Positions 10,070-19,472 of a stretch of DNA of 64,000 bases are shown here, piece by piece. Origin of the DNA: Candidatus Aenigmatarchaeota archaeon. Its GTDB lineage: Archaea; Aenigmatarchaeota; Aenigmatarchaeia; QMZP01; QMZT01. The position numbers were made by a program, and so were the translations under genes. A model generated the notes under the pieces. It was not told where the DNA came from, made no database searches, and was given only the letters and a program-made list of their open reading frames with translations. The stretch covers positions 320,001-384,000 of the forward strand of contig CAVSBQ010000002.1 of NCBI GenBank assembly GCA_963726265.1. The letters run 5' to 3'. Each line of letters opens with the position of its first letter. Positions within the stretch are counted from its first letter, which is position 1.

Positions 10070-10169
10070 TTCTATTTTTAAAAGGTTGCTGCGGCCGGCA
10101 TGCGGTGCATCCGGCAACCGGTTGACGCAGTTTTTGATATTTAAGAGGGTCCTGATAAATTATTAATTG

Positions 10170-10856
10170 ATGGCGGACGAGAGGGTTGTCAGTTACATAA
10201 TGGACTGCCTGGGCAAGGGGTATGACACGGGATATGTGATAGAGACCCTGACCCAACAGGGCTGGACGCGGCAAGAGATAAGCGATGCCATTGATGTTGT
10301 CCAGGGCAGAGGCAGGCAATACCGTGACCAGCCGCCAAGGCCGCAGATGCAGCCGGAATACGCCAGAACGGACAGGACTGAAAATGCCGCGGAGATGAGG
10401 CCAGCGCAACAGCCGGGATGGAACCAAGGAATGCAGCCGCAACCCCAGCAAGCACAGTCCCAGCAGGCGCCGCCAAGGCCCAAGGGTGTCGTTCTTATAT
10501 CCGTGCTCGGTTTCCTAAGCGCCGCCTTTCTGATCATTTCCGGGATATTCGTGGTGTTCTTTTCCATGCTTTTCGGAGCGCTCCTCGGGGCGGTGGGCGA
10601 AGAGGGCGCAACCGCCGCGGGGATATTCGCTTCTCTTGGCAACATGATTGCCCTGTTTCTTTTCATACTGGGCATAATCGAGCTTGTGGCTTTCTACATG
10701 CTGCTCAAAATGAAAAGGAAGGGCTTCATGCTGGTGACGATACTGATGGCGCTGCAGACAGGGCTCGGAGGCATAACGATGAACGTGCCAGTCGTTATCC
10801 CCTCTGTGATAGTACTCATATACATCCTCATGAAGAGGGACCTTTTCGTGCGCTAG
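10170..10856 (+). CDS. membrane protein: small helical N-domain, Q/P-rich linker, about 4 TM helices
   Basis: YI..CLGKGY....IETL.QQGW....I..A N-domain; PQPQQAQSQQAPP linker; hydrophobic C-half. Confidence 0.75.
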   Translation: MADERVVSYIMDCLGKGYDTGYVIETLTQQGWTRQEISDAIDVVQGRGRQYRDQPPRPQMQPEYARTDRTENAAEMRPAQQPGWNQGMQPQPQQAQSQQAPPRPKGVVLISVLGFLSAAFLIISGIFVVFFSMLFGALLGAVGEEGATAAGIFASLGNMIALFLFILGIIELVAFYMLLKMKRKGFMLVTILMALQTGLGGITMNVPVVIPSVIVLIYILMKRDLFVR

Positions 10857-10891
10857 GGTCCAACTGGGCCATAGGATTTTTGTTACAACTT

Positions 10892-11539
10892 TTATTTGTG
10901 CGAATGCTTGATGCGTTTTCTCGCCAGCTCGATGACCGCGGGCATGAAGGAAATGATTATGATGGCGATGATGACGAGCGCGAAGTTCTCCTTGACCGCG
11001 GGGATATTGCCGAAGAAGTAGCCGAGCGAAAGGAAGAGCGATACCCATGCGATGCCGCCGGCGATGTTGTATATGATGAAGCGCCTGTAGCTCATGGCGC
11101 CTATGCCCGCGACGAACGGCGCGAACGTGCGCACGATGGGGATGAAGCGCGCGAGCACTATGGTCTTGCCGCCGTGCTTCTCGTAGAATCTGTGGGCGCG
11201 GTCCAGATACGCCCTGTTCATGAAGCGCACGTTTTTCTTCGTGAAGATTTTCGGCCCGATATAGTGGCCGATCCAGTAGTTCACGGTGTCGCCGAGAATC
11301 GCAGCCGCAACAAGCGAGATGAAAAGCGAAAGCAGGTCAAGCGAGCCGAGCGCGGCGAACGCGCCCGCGGCGAACAGCAGCGAATCGCCTGGCAAAAAGG
11401 GAAAGATGACCAGGCCGGTCTCGCAGAAGACCACGCCGAAAAGGATTGCGTATGTCCATGCGCCGAATGCATGGATGAGGAGGCTGAGATACGTGTCGAG
11501 GTGGATCAGAAAGTCAAGCAGGAAAGTTATCGGGTCCAT
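10892..11539 (-). CDS. dedA: DedA family membrane protein
   Basis: ETGLVIFPFLPGDSLLFAAG, GDTVNYWIG, ARFIPIVRTFAPFVAG. Confidence 0.95.
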   Translation of the reverse strand: MDPITFLLDFLIHLDTYLSLLIHAFGAWTYAILFGVVFCETGLVIFPFLPGDSLLFAAGAFAALGSLDLLSLFISLVAAAILGDTVNYWIGHYIGPKIFTKKNVRFMNRAYLDRAHRFYEKHGGKTIVLARFIPIVRTFAPFVAGIGAMSYRRFIIYNIAGGIAWVSLFLSLGYFFGNIPAVKENFALVIIAIIIISFMPAVIELARKRIKHSHK

Positions 11540-11584
11540 ACAAATCAGATAATTCCGGAATATTTAAGCGATTCCAAACGGCTG

Positions 11585-12529
11585 CTAAATGGCCGCGACC
11601 CCGACGCCAAGCAGCCATAAAATCCCGTATCCAGCGAGGCAGCCTGCCGTCAGGAACGGCATCGCCGGATAGAAGCGGTCCTTCTTCGCGAGCATGAGCA
11701 AACCGAGGAGGGCGACTGCGACGATGGCCGGGATTACCAGCGCGTAGGCGAACGCGGACGCCTTCGCAACGCCCGATCTTATCATCGCATCCATCACCAC
11801 GCCCGCGAATATGAGCGGGAAGGCGATGTCGCCGCCGCCGAGGATGGCGTTCTTTACTTCCGTGTCTGTTTCTTCCGTTTCTTCGTCACCTTTCTTGCCT
11901 TTGCCGGCCGCCCTGATTTTGCCCGCGGCTTTCGTCTTGTATGAAAGCATGATGCCCGCGAAGGCGCGGCTCTTGGTCTGGAACTCGGCCAGCGAGACCA
12001 TGTGCCCGGAGCGCCAGACCGCGAACATGTCATACGCGGATATCGCGAACAGGAGGAGCGTGACCCAGAGCACGTCGAGCAGCGGCACGAAGATGACCGC
12101 AATCCCGGGGTAGATGAAAAGCTCGGTCAGGTTGTGCACGTAAATGTTGGGCCTGTATACCTTGAAGAACGCCAGGGCGATGCATATGAGCAGCGCGAGC
12201 GTGTAGTCCATGAAAACCCCGAGCGTTATCGAGCACGTCATCCAGACCGCGAAGAAGAACATGGCCTTCCACAGCCCGAATTTCCTGAACCTTACCAGCA
12301 GGAGTATCAGGCCCGTGCCTATCGCTATCGCGACGAGGACGTAGGCGAAGGTCTCGATGCCCTGGATGTCGGGCCTGTCGCCTATGGCAGTGGTTTCATG
12401 CTCGACCACGATGCCGCCTTCTGGCGTCTGGGTGACGATCGTGTTCGCGTTCACGGCATAGAGGCCGATGGCCTGCGACAGCACGAAAATCAGGACGATG
12501 AGAAGCGTCACAGTGAGGTTGTGTTTCAT
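11585..12529 (-). CDS. presenilin-family (GxGD) intramembrane aspartyl protease
   Basis: YD in TM6 (SAYDMFAV), LGGGD, PAMPF (PAL-like) motifs. Confidence 0.9.
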   Translation of the reverse strand: MKHNLTVTLLIVLIFVLSQAIGLYAVNANTIVTQTPEGGIVVEHETTAIGDRPDIQGIETFAYVLVAIAIGTGLILLLVRFRKFGLWKAMFFFAVWMTCSITLGVFMDYTLALLICIALAFFKVYRPNIYVHNLTELFIYPGIAVIFVPLLDVLWVTLLLFAISAYDMFAVWRSGHMVSLAEFQTKSRAFAGIMLSYKTKAAGKIRAAGKGKKGDEETEETDTEVKNAILGGGDIAFPLIFAGVVMDAMIRSGVAKASAFAYALVIPAIVAVALLGLLMLAKKDRFYPAMPFLTAGCLAGYGILWLLGVGVAAI

Positions 12530-12582
12530 AAAAATACTATGTCATGGAATGCTTATTAAGCACTTTCAACAACAATTATAAT

Positions 12583-13023
12583 ATGGCATTCCTGTCGCCT
12601 TTTGAGCTCGAGCTTATTCTGAAACTGGTCGTTGCAGCGGGGCTTGGCCTGTTAATCGGCTTCGAGAGGGAAATCCATAAGAGGCCCGCTGGCCTGCGCA
12701 CGCATTCGCTGATATGCATGGGAGCGGCGCTGTTCACCGTCCTTTCGATGTCCTTCACAGGCGATTACGTGGACGCCTCGAGAATCGCCGCGGGCGTCGT
12801 GACGGGCATAGGCTTCATAGGCGGCGGCATGATATTCAAATCTGAGGACAGGGTCATCGGCCTGACGACGGCCGCGGAGCTCTGGGTGGTCGGCGCGATA
12901 GGCCTGTCCGTCGGCGTGGGCTATTATTTCGCGGCGGCCGTGACGACTGCGATCGTGCTCTTCATCCTCGTGCCGTTAAAACACATATCCGAGGAAGCGA
13001 GAAGGAAAGCGCTGCTGAAGTAG
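12583..13023 (+). CDS. MgtC/SapB family membrane protein (N-terminal domain only)
   Basis: IGFERE, AGLRTH, SRIAAGVVTGIGFIGGG, GLTTAA. Confidence 0.9.
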   Translation: MAFLSPFELELILKLVVAAGLGLLIGFEREIHKRPAGLRTHSLICMGAALFTVLSMSFTGDYVDASRIAAGVVTGIGFIGGGMIFKSEDRVIGLTTAAELWVVGAIGLSVGVGYYFAAAVTTAIVLFILVPLKHISEEARRKALLK

Positions 13024-13098
13024 CATTTTAGTGTTTCTCCATTATCCAAAATTTATTAAACTCAGGATGGCTTGAATATTACATATCGAGGTGTTTTG

Positions 13099-15510
13099 AT
13101 GCTTCCGAAAGACTACGCCTTCCGCGAGAGCGAGCAGAAGTGGCAGAAGTTCTGGGAGCGCGAGGGCGTTTTCAAGTTCAACCCGGACAGCGAGAAGCCG
13201 ATATTCTCGGTCGACACGCCTCCGCCGACGGTCTCGGGGGCGATGCACCTGGGTCACGCGTTCTCATACTCCCAGCAGGACTTCGTAATCCGTTTCAAGC
13301 GCATGCGCGGCTTCGAGGTTTTCTATCCCTTCGGCACGGACGACAACGGCCTCGCGACCATACGCCTCGTCGAGAAGACGACGGGCAAGAAGGAGAAGTT
13401 CATGAGCAGGAAGGAGTTCATTGCCCTGGTCCTTGAAACCCTGAAGGGCATACGCCCGCAATACATACATGACTGGAAGCGCATAGGCCTCAGCTGTGAC
13501 TGGTCGGTTTACTACACGACAATCGATGACCACTGCCGACGCATCTCGCAGAAATCGTTCATCGACCTCTACAGGGCTGGCAGGATTTATCGGAAGCGGA
13601 CGCCGTTCATGTGGTGCCCCGAATGTCGCACGTCGATTGCACAGGTCGAGCTCAAGGACGAGGAGAAGGAATCGAGGTTCGTTTACATGAAATTCGACAC
13701 GTCCATCGGCGAGCCTATCGTCATCGCCACGACGAGGCCCGAGCTCCTGCCCGCGTGCATCATGCTTCACGTCCACCCGCAGGACGAGCGCTACAAAAAA
13801 TTCATAGGCGCGAAGGCGAAAATCCCCTTCTTCAACCGCGAGGTCAGCATAATGGCCAACCCGGACGTCGACCCGGCCTTCGGGAGCGGGGCTGTCTATC
13901 ACTGCACGTTCGGCGACATGGACGACGTCGAGTGGATGGAGAAGTTCAGGATTCCTCCGATAGAGATAATGGGCAAGGACGGCAGGCTCAACGAGCTCGC
14001 CGGCAGATACGCTGGCATGAATTCCCACGAGGCGAGGAACGCGATAATCGACGACATGAAGGCGGAGAACAGGATAGAGAAGATCGACAAGATAAACCAC
14101 GTCGTGAACACGCACGAGAGGTGCGGCACGGAAATCGAAATCCTCATGACGGAGCAGTGGTTCATCCGCTACCTCGATTTGAAAAGGAAGTTCCTGCAGG
14201 CGGGAAAGCAGATGAACTGGCATCCGGCGTTCATGCGCTCGCGCTTCGACAACTGGATAAAGGGCCTGAAATGGGACTGGAACCTTTCCCGCCAGCGCAG
14301 TTTCGGCGTTCCCATACCCGTGTGGTTCTGCGAAAAATGCGGGGAGATAATGCTTCCCGAAGAAACCGACCTGCCAACGGACCCGACAACCGACAAGCCA
14401 AGGCACGCGTGCAACTGCGGTTCGCGCTCGTTCCGAGGCGACCCCGATGTCCTGGACACGTGGGCCACGTCGTCGCTGACGCCGCAGATCGCTGCTTCGC
14501 TTTTCCCGCAGCTTTACGCCAGGCTTTATCCCATGTCGCTGCGGCCGCAGGCGCACGACATCATAACGTTCTGGCTGTTCAACACGGTCGTGAAGTCGCA
14601 GATGCACAACAATGCGAACCCGTGGAAGGACATAATGATTTCGGGCTGGGCGCTCGACCCGAAGGGCAAGAAGATGAGCAAATCGAAAGGCAATGCCGTC
14701 GAACCGCAGAGTCTTATTGAAAAATACGGGGCCGACTGCCTGCGCTTCTGGGCGGCCGGCTCGAAGCTGGGCGAGGACCTGCCCTACATGGAGAAAGACC
14801 TGGTCACCGGCAGCAAGTTCATGACGAAGCTCTGGAACGCCTCGAAGTTCGTGCTCATGCATCTCCAGGGCTGCGAGCCGGAAAGGCCGGAAAAGCTGTC
14901 CGAAATAGACAAGTGGCTGCTTTCGAAAATCAGCATCATCATAAAGGAGTCGACGGCGTCGTTCGAGAAATACGAATATTCGAAGGCGAAGATGGAGGTC
15001 GAGAATTTCTTCTGGCACACGTTCTGCGACTACTATCTGGAAATCGCGAAAGACAGGCTCTACAACCCGCAGGGTTACGAGGCATGGGAGATCGCCTCCG
15101 CAAGATACACGCTTCACTACGTCCTGAATGCCGTAATCAAGCTCATCGCTCCCATCATGCCTCACGTGACGGAAGAGATATACCAGCACTATTTCAGCGA
15201 AATCGAAAACTGCAAAAGCATCCACGTATCAAAATGGCCGGCATTCGACCCGTCGCTCGTGGACAGGAAGGCGGAGAAGGCGGGCGACATCGCGGTCGAC
15301 GTCATCGCAGCTATCAGGAAGTTCAAGTCCGCGAACGCGATGGCCATGAACCAGGCGCTGAGCTACGCGGCCGTCGGCTCGAGCGCGCTCAGGCCCGTGC
15401 TGAAGGACATCCAGAAAACCATGAAAATCGGGAGCATGAGGCTTGCGAAGCCGAAGGCGAAGACCATCGAAACGGAGAAGTTCAAGCTCGCGCTGGAAAT
15501 AACGAAATGA
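13099..15510 (+). CDS. valS: valine--tRNA ligase (archaeal type)
   Basis: DTPPPTVSG.MHLGH, ATTRPE, WNLSRQR, DTWATSS, KMSKSKGN. Confidence 0.95.
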   Translation: MLPKDYAFRESEQKWQKFWEREGVFKFNPDSEKPIFSVDTPPPTVSGAMHLGHAFSYSQQDFVIRFKRMRGFEVFYPFGTDDNGLATIRLVEKTTGKKEKFMSRKEFIALVLETLKGIRPQYIHDWKRIGLSCDWSVYYTTIDDHCRRISQKSFIDLYRAGRIYRKRTPFMWCPECRTSIAQVELKDEEKESRFVYMKFDTSIGEPIVIATTRPELLPACIMLHVHPQDERYKKFIGAKAKIPFFNREVSIMANPDVDPAFGSGAVYHCTFGDMDDVEWMEKFRIPPIEIMGKDGRLNELAGRYAGMNSHEARNAIIDDMKAENRIEKIDKINHVVNTHERCGTEIEILMTEQWFIRYLDLKRKFLQAGKQMNWHPAFMRSRFDNWIKGLKWDWNLSRQRSFGVPIPVWFCEKCGEIMLPEETDLPTDPTTDKPRHACNCGSRSFRGDPDVLDTWATSSLTPQIAASLFPQLYARLYPMSLRPQAHDIITFWLFNTVVKSQMHNNANPWKDIMISGWALDPKGKKMSKSKGNAVEPQSLIEKYGADCLRFWAAGSKLGEDLPYMEKDLVTGSKFMTKLWNASKFVLMHLQGCEPERPEKLSEIDKWLLSKISIIIKESTASFEKYEYSKAKMEVENFFWHTFCDYYLEIAKDRLYNPQGYEAWEIASARYTLHYVLNAVIKLIAPIMPHVTEEIYQHYFSEIENCKSIHVSKWPAFDPSLVDRKAEKAGDIAVDVIAAIRKFKSANAMAMNQALSYAAVGSSALRPVLKDIQKTMKIGSMRLAKPKAKTIETEKFKLALEITK

Positions 15511-15538
15511 TTTAAAACCAGCCCTGACAAATTTAAGC

Positions 15539-15916
15539 ATGAAGCTGGCTGCGATTGCGCTCTGCGTTTTTCTTGCAATTCTTCTTTTGAGCCAGCCTGT
15601 GCACGCCGACGGCCCGGCCTGCAGCGAGGGGGAGCGCAGGGTATGCGGCTCGAACGTCGGCGTATGCGAAGCCGGGAGGTCAACCTGCAAGGACGGCGTG
15701 TGGGGCGCGTGCGAGGGCGGGACCGGTCCCATGCCGAACGAGGTGTGCGGCAACTCGCTGGACGACAACTGTGACGGAGCGGTGGACGAGGACTGCTTCC
15801 CCTGGCTTTCGCTGGTCCTAGTGGGCATGGGCATGCTCTTCATAGGCATTGGCCTCCTTTACATACAAAAAGGGAAGGGTGAGCGCATGCTCAGGGAAAG
15901 GGTCAGCAAGGACTAA
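15539..15916 (+). CDS. small exported Cys-rich protein with one putative metal-binding (MopE-like) repeat and C-terminal TM anchor
   Basis: Signal peptide, GVCEAG..C..G.WG.C, EVCGNSLDDNCDGAVDEDC, TM helix, basic tail. Confidence 0.75.
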   Translation: MKLAAIALCVFLAILLLSQPVHADGPACSEGERRVCGSNVGVCEAGRSTCKDGVWGACEGGTGPMPNEVCGNSLDDNCDGAVDEDCFPWLSLVLVGMGMLFIGIGLLYIQKGKGERMLRERVSKD

Positions 15917-15992
15917 ATAAAACGCTTAAAAACGAGTGATGCCGCCTGTTTCTGGCCAAAATCTTTATAAAGTCATATTTATATATAAATCC

Positions 15993-16012
15993 TTTATACA
16001 ATACTGTATAAA
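15993..16012. promoter_or_regulatory. 8-bp inverted repeat in tuf promoter region
   Basis: TTTATACA-ATAC-TGTATAAA just downstream of a TATA-like TTTATATATA. Confidence 0.35.
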
Positions 16013-16077
16013 ACTCTCTGGCCCAAGAAGGCCGGATTGTATGTTCAAAATACAGGAAGTTTGAAAGGAGGGAGAAA

Positions 16078-17349
16078 ATGGCAGAAAAGCCGCACATCAA
16101 CATAATAACATCAGGTCACGTAGACCATGGTAAGTCGACCCTTATAGGCCGACTTCTATATGACTCCGGAGCCATACCCGAGCAGGAAATGAGGAAGCTC
16201 AAGGAGAAGGCAAAGGAACTCAAGAAGGAGACGTTCGAGTTCGCTTTCGTCATGGACAACCTGAAGGAAGAGCGAGAACGCGGCGTCACCATCGACCTCA
16301 TGCACAAGGAGTTCGAGACGCACAAGTTCTACTTTACCATTATCGACTGCCCCGGCCACAGGGACTTCGTCAAGAACATGATTACGGGAGCGAGTCAGGC
16401 AGATGCCGCGATACTCGTGGTCTCGGCGAAGGACGGCGTGCAGGAGCAGACCAGAGAACACTTGTACCTTGCGAAGGTCCTAGGCATCAACCAGATCGTG
16501 GTTGCGGTAAACAAGATGGACGCAGTCAGCTACGACAAGGCTGCCTATGAAAAGACCAAGACCGAGGTAGGCAAGCTGCTGCAGACGCTTGGCTACAAGC
16601 TCGACAAGATACCGATGGTTGCCTGCTCTGCATACGTGGGAGACAATGTTTTCAAGAAATCGACGAACATGTCCTGGTATACGGGCCCGACCCTTATCGA
16701 GGCGCTGGACCAGACAATCGTCGCCCCGGAGAAGCCGGTGCACAAGCCGCTCAGGCTTCCTGTGCAGGACGTCTTCACCATAACCGGCGTGGGAACGGTC
16801 CCTGTCGGAAGAGTCGAAACGGGCGTGCTCAAGCCGGGGGACAAGCTGATATTCGAGCCGTCCGGAGCACAGGCCGAGGTGAAATCGATAGAGATGCACC
16901 ACAAGCAGCTCCAGAAGGCGGAGCCGGGAGACAACATCGGCTTCAACGTGAGGGGCATCGGCAAGACCGATGTCAAGCGCGGCGATGTCGCAGGCCACCC
17001 GAACAACCCGCCGACCGTAGTGAAGGAGTTCACGGCGCAGATAATCGTGCTCCAGCATCCGACGGTCCTTACGAAGGGTTATACGCCCGTGTTCCACTGC
17101 CACACGGCGCACATGGCAGGCAAGATAATCGAGCTCGTCAAGAAACTCGACCCGAAGACCGGCGCAGTCCTTCAGGAGCACCCGGACATGCTGAAGCCTG
17201 GGGACGCCGCGATAATCAAGGTTCAGCCAACGGCGCCGTTAGTCGTCGAGAAGCAGTCAGAGTTCCCGGAGCTTGCGAAGTTCGCGATCCGTGACATGGG
17301 CAAGACCATCGCAGCGGGCATCGTAATCGATCTCGTGAAGGCGAAGTAA
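16078..17349 (+). CDS. tuf: translation elongation factor EF-1alpha
   Basis: [43 protein letters not shown]. Confidence 0.98.
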   Translation: MAEKPHINIITSGHVDHGKSTLIGRLLYDSGAIPEQEMRKLKEKAKELKKETFEFAFVMDNLKEERERGVTIDLMHKEFETHKFYFTIIDCPGHRDFVKNMITGASQADAAILVVSAKDGVQEQTREHLYLAKVLGINQIVVAVNKMDAVSYDKAAYEKTKTEVGKLLQTLGYKLDKIPMVACSAYVGDNVFKKSTNMSWYTGPTLIEALDQTIVAPEKPVHKPLRLPVQDVFTITGVGTVPVGRVETGVLKPGDKLIFEPSGAQAEVKSIEMHHKQLQKAEPGDNIGFNVRGIGKTDVKRGDVAGHPNNPPTVVKEFTAQIIVLQHPTVLTKGYTPVFHCHTAHMAGKIIELVKKLDPKTGAVLQEHPDMLKPGDAAIIKVQPTAPLVVEKQSEFPELAKFAIRDMGKTIAAGIVIDLVKAK

Positions 17350-17453
17350 TTTCATATTTCGCCTTCCGTTCTTTTTCTTTTATTTTACCTCCCAGCGTAA
17401 GCTCGGTCTTTGCAGGCTTGATTTTTAAAAACAACCGATTCATATAATTCTCT

Positions 17454-18185
17454 ATGAAGCCTGCGGACGTCTGCGAGAAGATAGAAAACTGGCTGCGCGC
17501 GAAAGTCGACGAAGCCGGCGCAAGCGGCGTCGTCATAGGCATGAGCGGCGGCATCGATTCGTCCGTCACGGCCGCGCTAGCGAAGCGCGCGCTCGGCGGC
17601 AGGAAGGTGTTAGGCCTGATTCTGCCGTGCGACTCGAACCCGAAAGACGCGGAAACCGCGAAAGCGCTTGCCAAAAAGTTCGGCATCAGCGTGCAGGAAA
17701 GCGACCTCACCTACGCCTACAACGATATGAGGAAAACGCTTGCGGCGACTGACACGAAAGCGCTGGGCAACATCAAGGCGAGGCTCAGGATGGCCGCGCT
17801 TTATTATTTCGCGAACGTAGGCAATTACCTCGTCCTCGGCACTTCGAACAAGTCGGAAATCGCGACCGGCTATTTCACCAAGCACGGCGACGCGGCATGC
17901 GACCTTTCGCCTATCGGCGGCCTCTACAAGACGCAGGTCTTCGAGCTTGCAAAACACCTGGAAATCCCGAAGGAAATAATCGAGGCGACGCCGACCGCTG
18001 GCCTCTGGGAAGGCCAGACCGACGAGCAGGAAATCGGGATGAGCTACGCGGCGCTCGACGCGATTCTCAGGACGGCGGAAAGAAACAAGGACGTCGGGGC
18101 CGACAGGAAAAAAATCGAGAGAGTCATGGAGCTGGTGAAGAAGTCCGTCCACAAGAGGCAGCTGCCGGAAGTGTGCAGGATATAA
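17454..18185 (+). CDS. nadE: NH3-dependent NAD+ synthetase
   Basis: SGGIDS, NIKARLRM, GYFTKHGD, PTAGLWEGQTDE. Confidence 0.95.
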   Translation: MKPADVCEKIENWLRAKVDEAGASGVVIGMSGGIDSSVTAALAKRALGGRKVLGLILPCDSNPKDAETAKALAKKFGISVQESDLTYAYNDMRKTLAATDTKALGNIKARLRMAALYYFANVGNYLVLGTSNKSEIATGYFTKHGDAACDLSPIGGLYKTQVFELAKHLEIPKEIIEATPTAGLWEGQTDEQEIGMSYAALDAILRTAERNKDVGADRKKIERVMELVKKSVHKRQLPEVCRI

Positions 18186-18242
18186 TTTTCATTTTGCCCG
18201 GAGGCCCCGATATTTAAGCGGGCAAAAACCAATATTAAATTA

Positions 18243-18791
18243 ATGAAAACGCAATTATTGCTGGCGATTTTTATAATAGGAGCTGTCTTCATAAGCGGCT
18301 GCACCTCAGGACCGAGCTGCCCGACATGTCAAACCGCAAGCTCGTGGTCTGCGTGCGATGAGAACGCAATGAAGACGAGGACCAACTACAAGTGCAGTTC
18401 GGACACCAGCTACGAATGCCAGAGCTACACGGAGCAGCAGGCATGCAAGACCGATATGAACCTGAAGGGAAGCAAGAATCTTGACGTTACGCTGTCTCCC
18501 ACGCTGGATGAAATAGTTAAGGGAACGCTCAAGATTTCCATCAACGCGATACCTTCGGAGGGGAACAAGATATGGGTCCTGCTGACTCCCCAAGGAAGCA
18601 GCGGCGGTGATCCGTTCAGCACCCCGAACACCATCCTACAGACGACCGATGCAGAGGTCGGGAAATCGGTATACATAGATACCACGAAAGTCGCGAATGG
18701 CGTCTATAACATCGGAGTCATGACGACTTCAAACCCGAGCGGCGCCCCGTGGACGGACGTAGTCCAGACCCAGCTTGTGGTCGAAAACTAG
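18243..18791 (+). CDS. putative lipoprotein with Cys-rich segment and Ig-like C-domain
   Basis: Lipobox FISGC after hydrophobic leader; 6 further Cys; DTTKVANGVYNI Ig-type motif. Confidence 0.75.
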   Translation: MKTQLLLAIFIIGAVFISGCTSGPSCPTCQTASSWSACDENAMKTRTNYKCSSDTSYECQSYTEQQACKTDMNLKGSKNLDVTLSPTLDEIVKGTLKISINAIPSEGNKIWVLLTPQGSSGGDPFSTPNTILQTTDAEVGKSVYIDTTKVANGVYNIGVMTTSNPSGAPWTDVVQTQLVVEN

Positions 18792-18905
18792 CCATTCGAT
18801 TTCGATTTTTTTCGTTTTCTTTTGATTTTTAATTTTATGGCAGCAGTTAAAAGTTCGATTGAATCCTGAAGCAAAACTTATTTTAAACGGAAACAATAAA
18901 GGCGC

Positions 18906-19454
18906 ATGAAGCTGGGGAAAACGCTTTACGTGACGGAACGAAGGGAATGGCGCGCGTGGCTCGCCAAGCATCACTCCATCGAAAGGGAAATCTGGCTGGT
19001 GTTCTACAACAAGCAGTCCGGCAAGCCCAACATGCCCTACAACGACGCGGTCGAGGAAGCGCTCTGCTTCGGCTGGATTGACAGCACCGTCAAAAAGGTC
19101 GATGAAGAGCGAAGGGCGCAGCGCTTCACGCCCCGCAGAAAGAACAGCCCGGTCTCGGAAATGAACAAGGAGCGCGCGAGGCGCATGATAAAGGCCGGTC
19201 TGATGACGAAAGCCGGGCTCGCCGTATTGGGCGACATATCCGCGCGAAGCTTCGCCTTCCCTGCCGATATCATTTCCGCGCTAAAGGCCGATGAGCAGGT
19301 GTGGAAAAATTTCAAGAATTTCCCCGAGAGTTACAGGATGATCCGCATCGGCTACATCGACGGCGCGAGGGAGCGCCCGAAAGAGTTTAGGAAGCGCCTC
19401 TCTTACTTCATGAAGATGACCGCGAAGAACAAGAAGTTCGGGATGGTGCAGTGA
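18906..19454 (+). CDS. YdeI/OmpD-associated family protein
   Basis: WRAWL, AVEEALCFGWIDS, RFTPRR, PADI..AL. Confidence 0.9.
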   Translation: MKLGKTLYVTERREWRAWLAKHHSIEREIWLVFYNKQSGKPNMPYNDAVEEALCFGWIDSTVKKVDEERRAQRFTPRRKNSPVSEMNKERARRMIKAGLMTKAGLAVLGDISARSFAFPADIISALKADEQVWKNFKNFPESYRMIRIGYIDGARERPKEFRKRLSYFMKMTAKNKKFGMVQ

Positions 19455-19472
19455 TTTTGCAGCCAGAAAATT

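Noticed and set aside
13264..15225. Long antisense ORFs (e.g. 653 aa opposite valS, 414 aa opposite rrp4/41, 318 aa opposite ftsY)
   Set aside because: Shadow ORFs expected from GC-rich codon bias; no motifs
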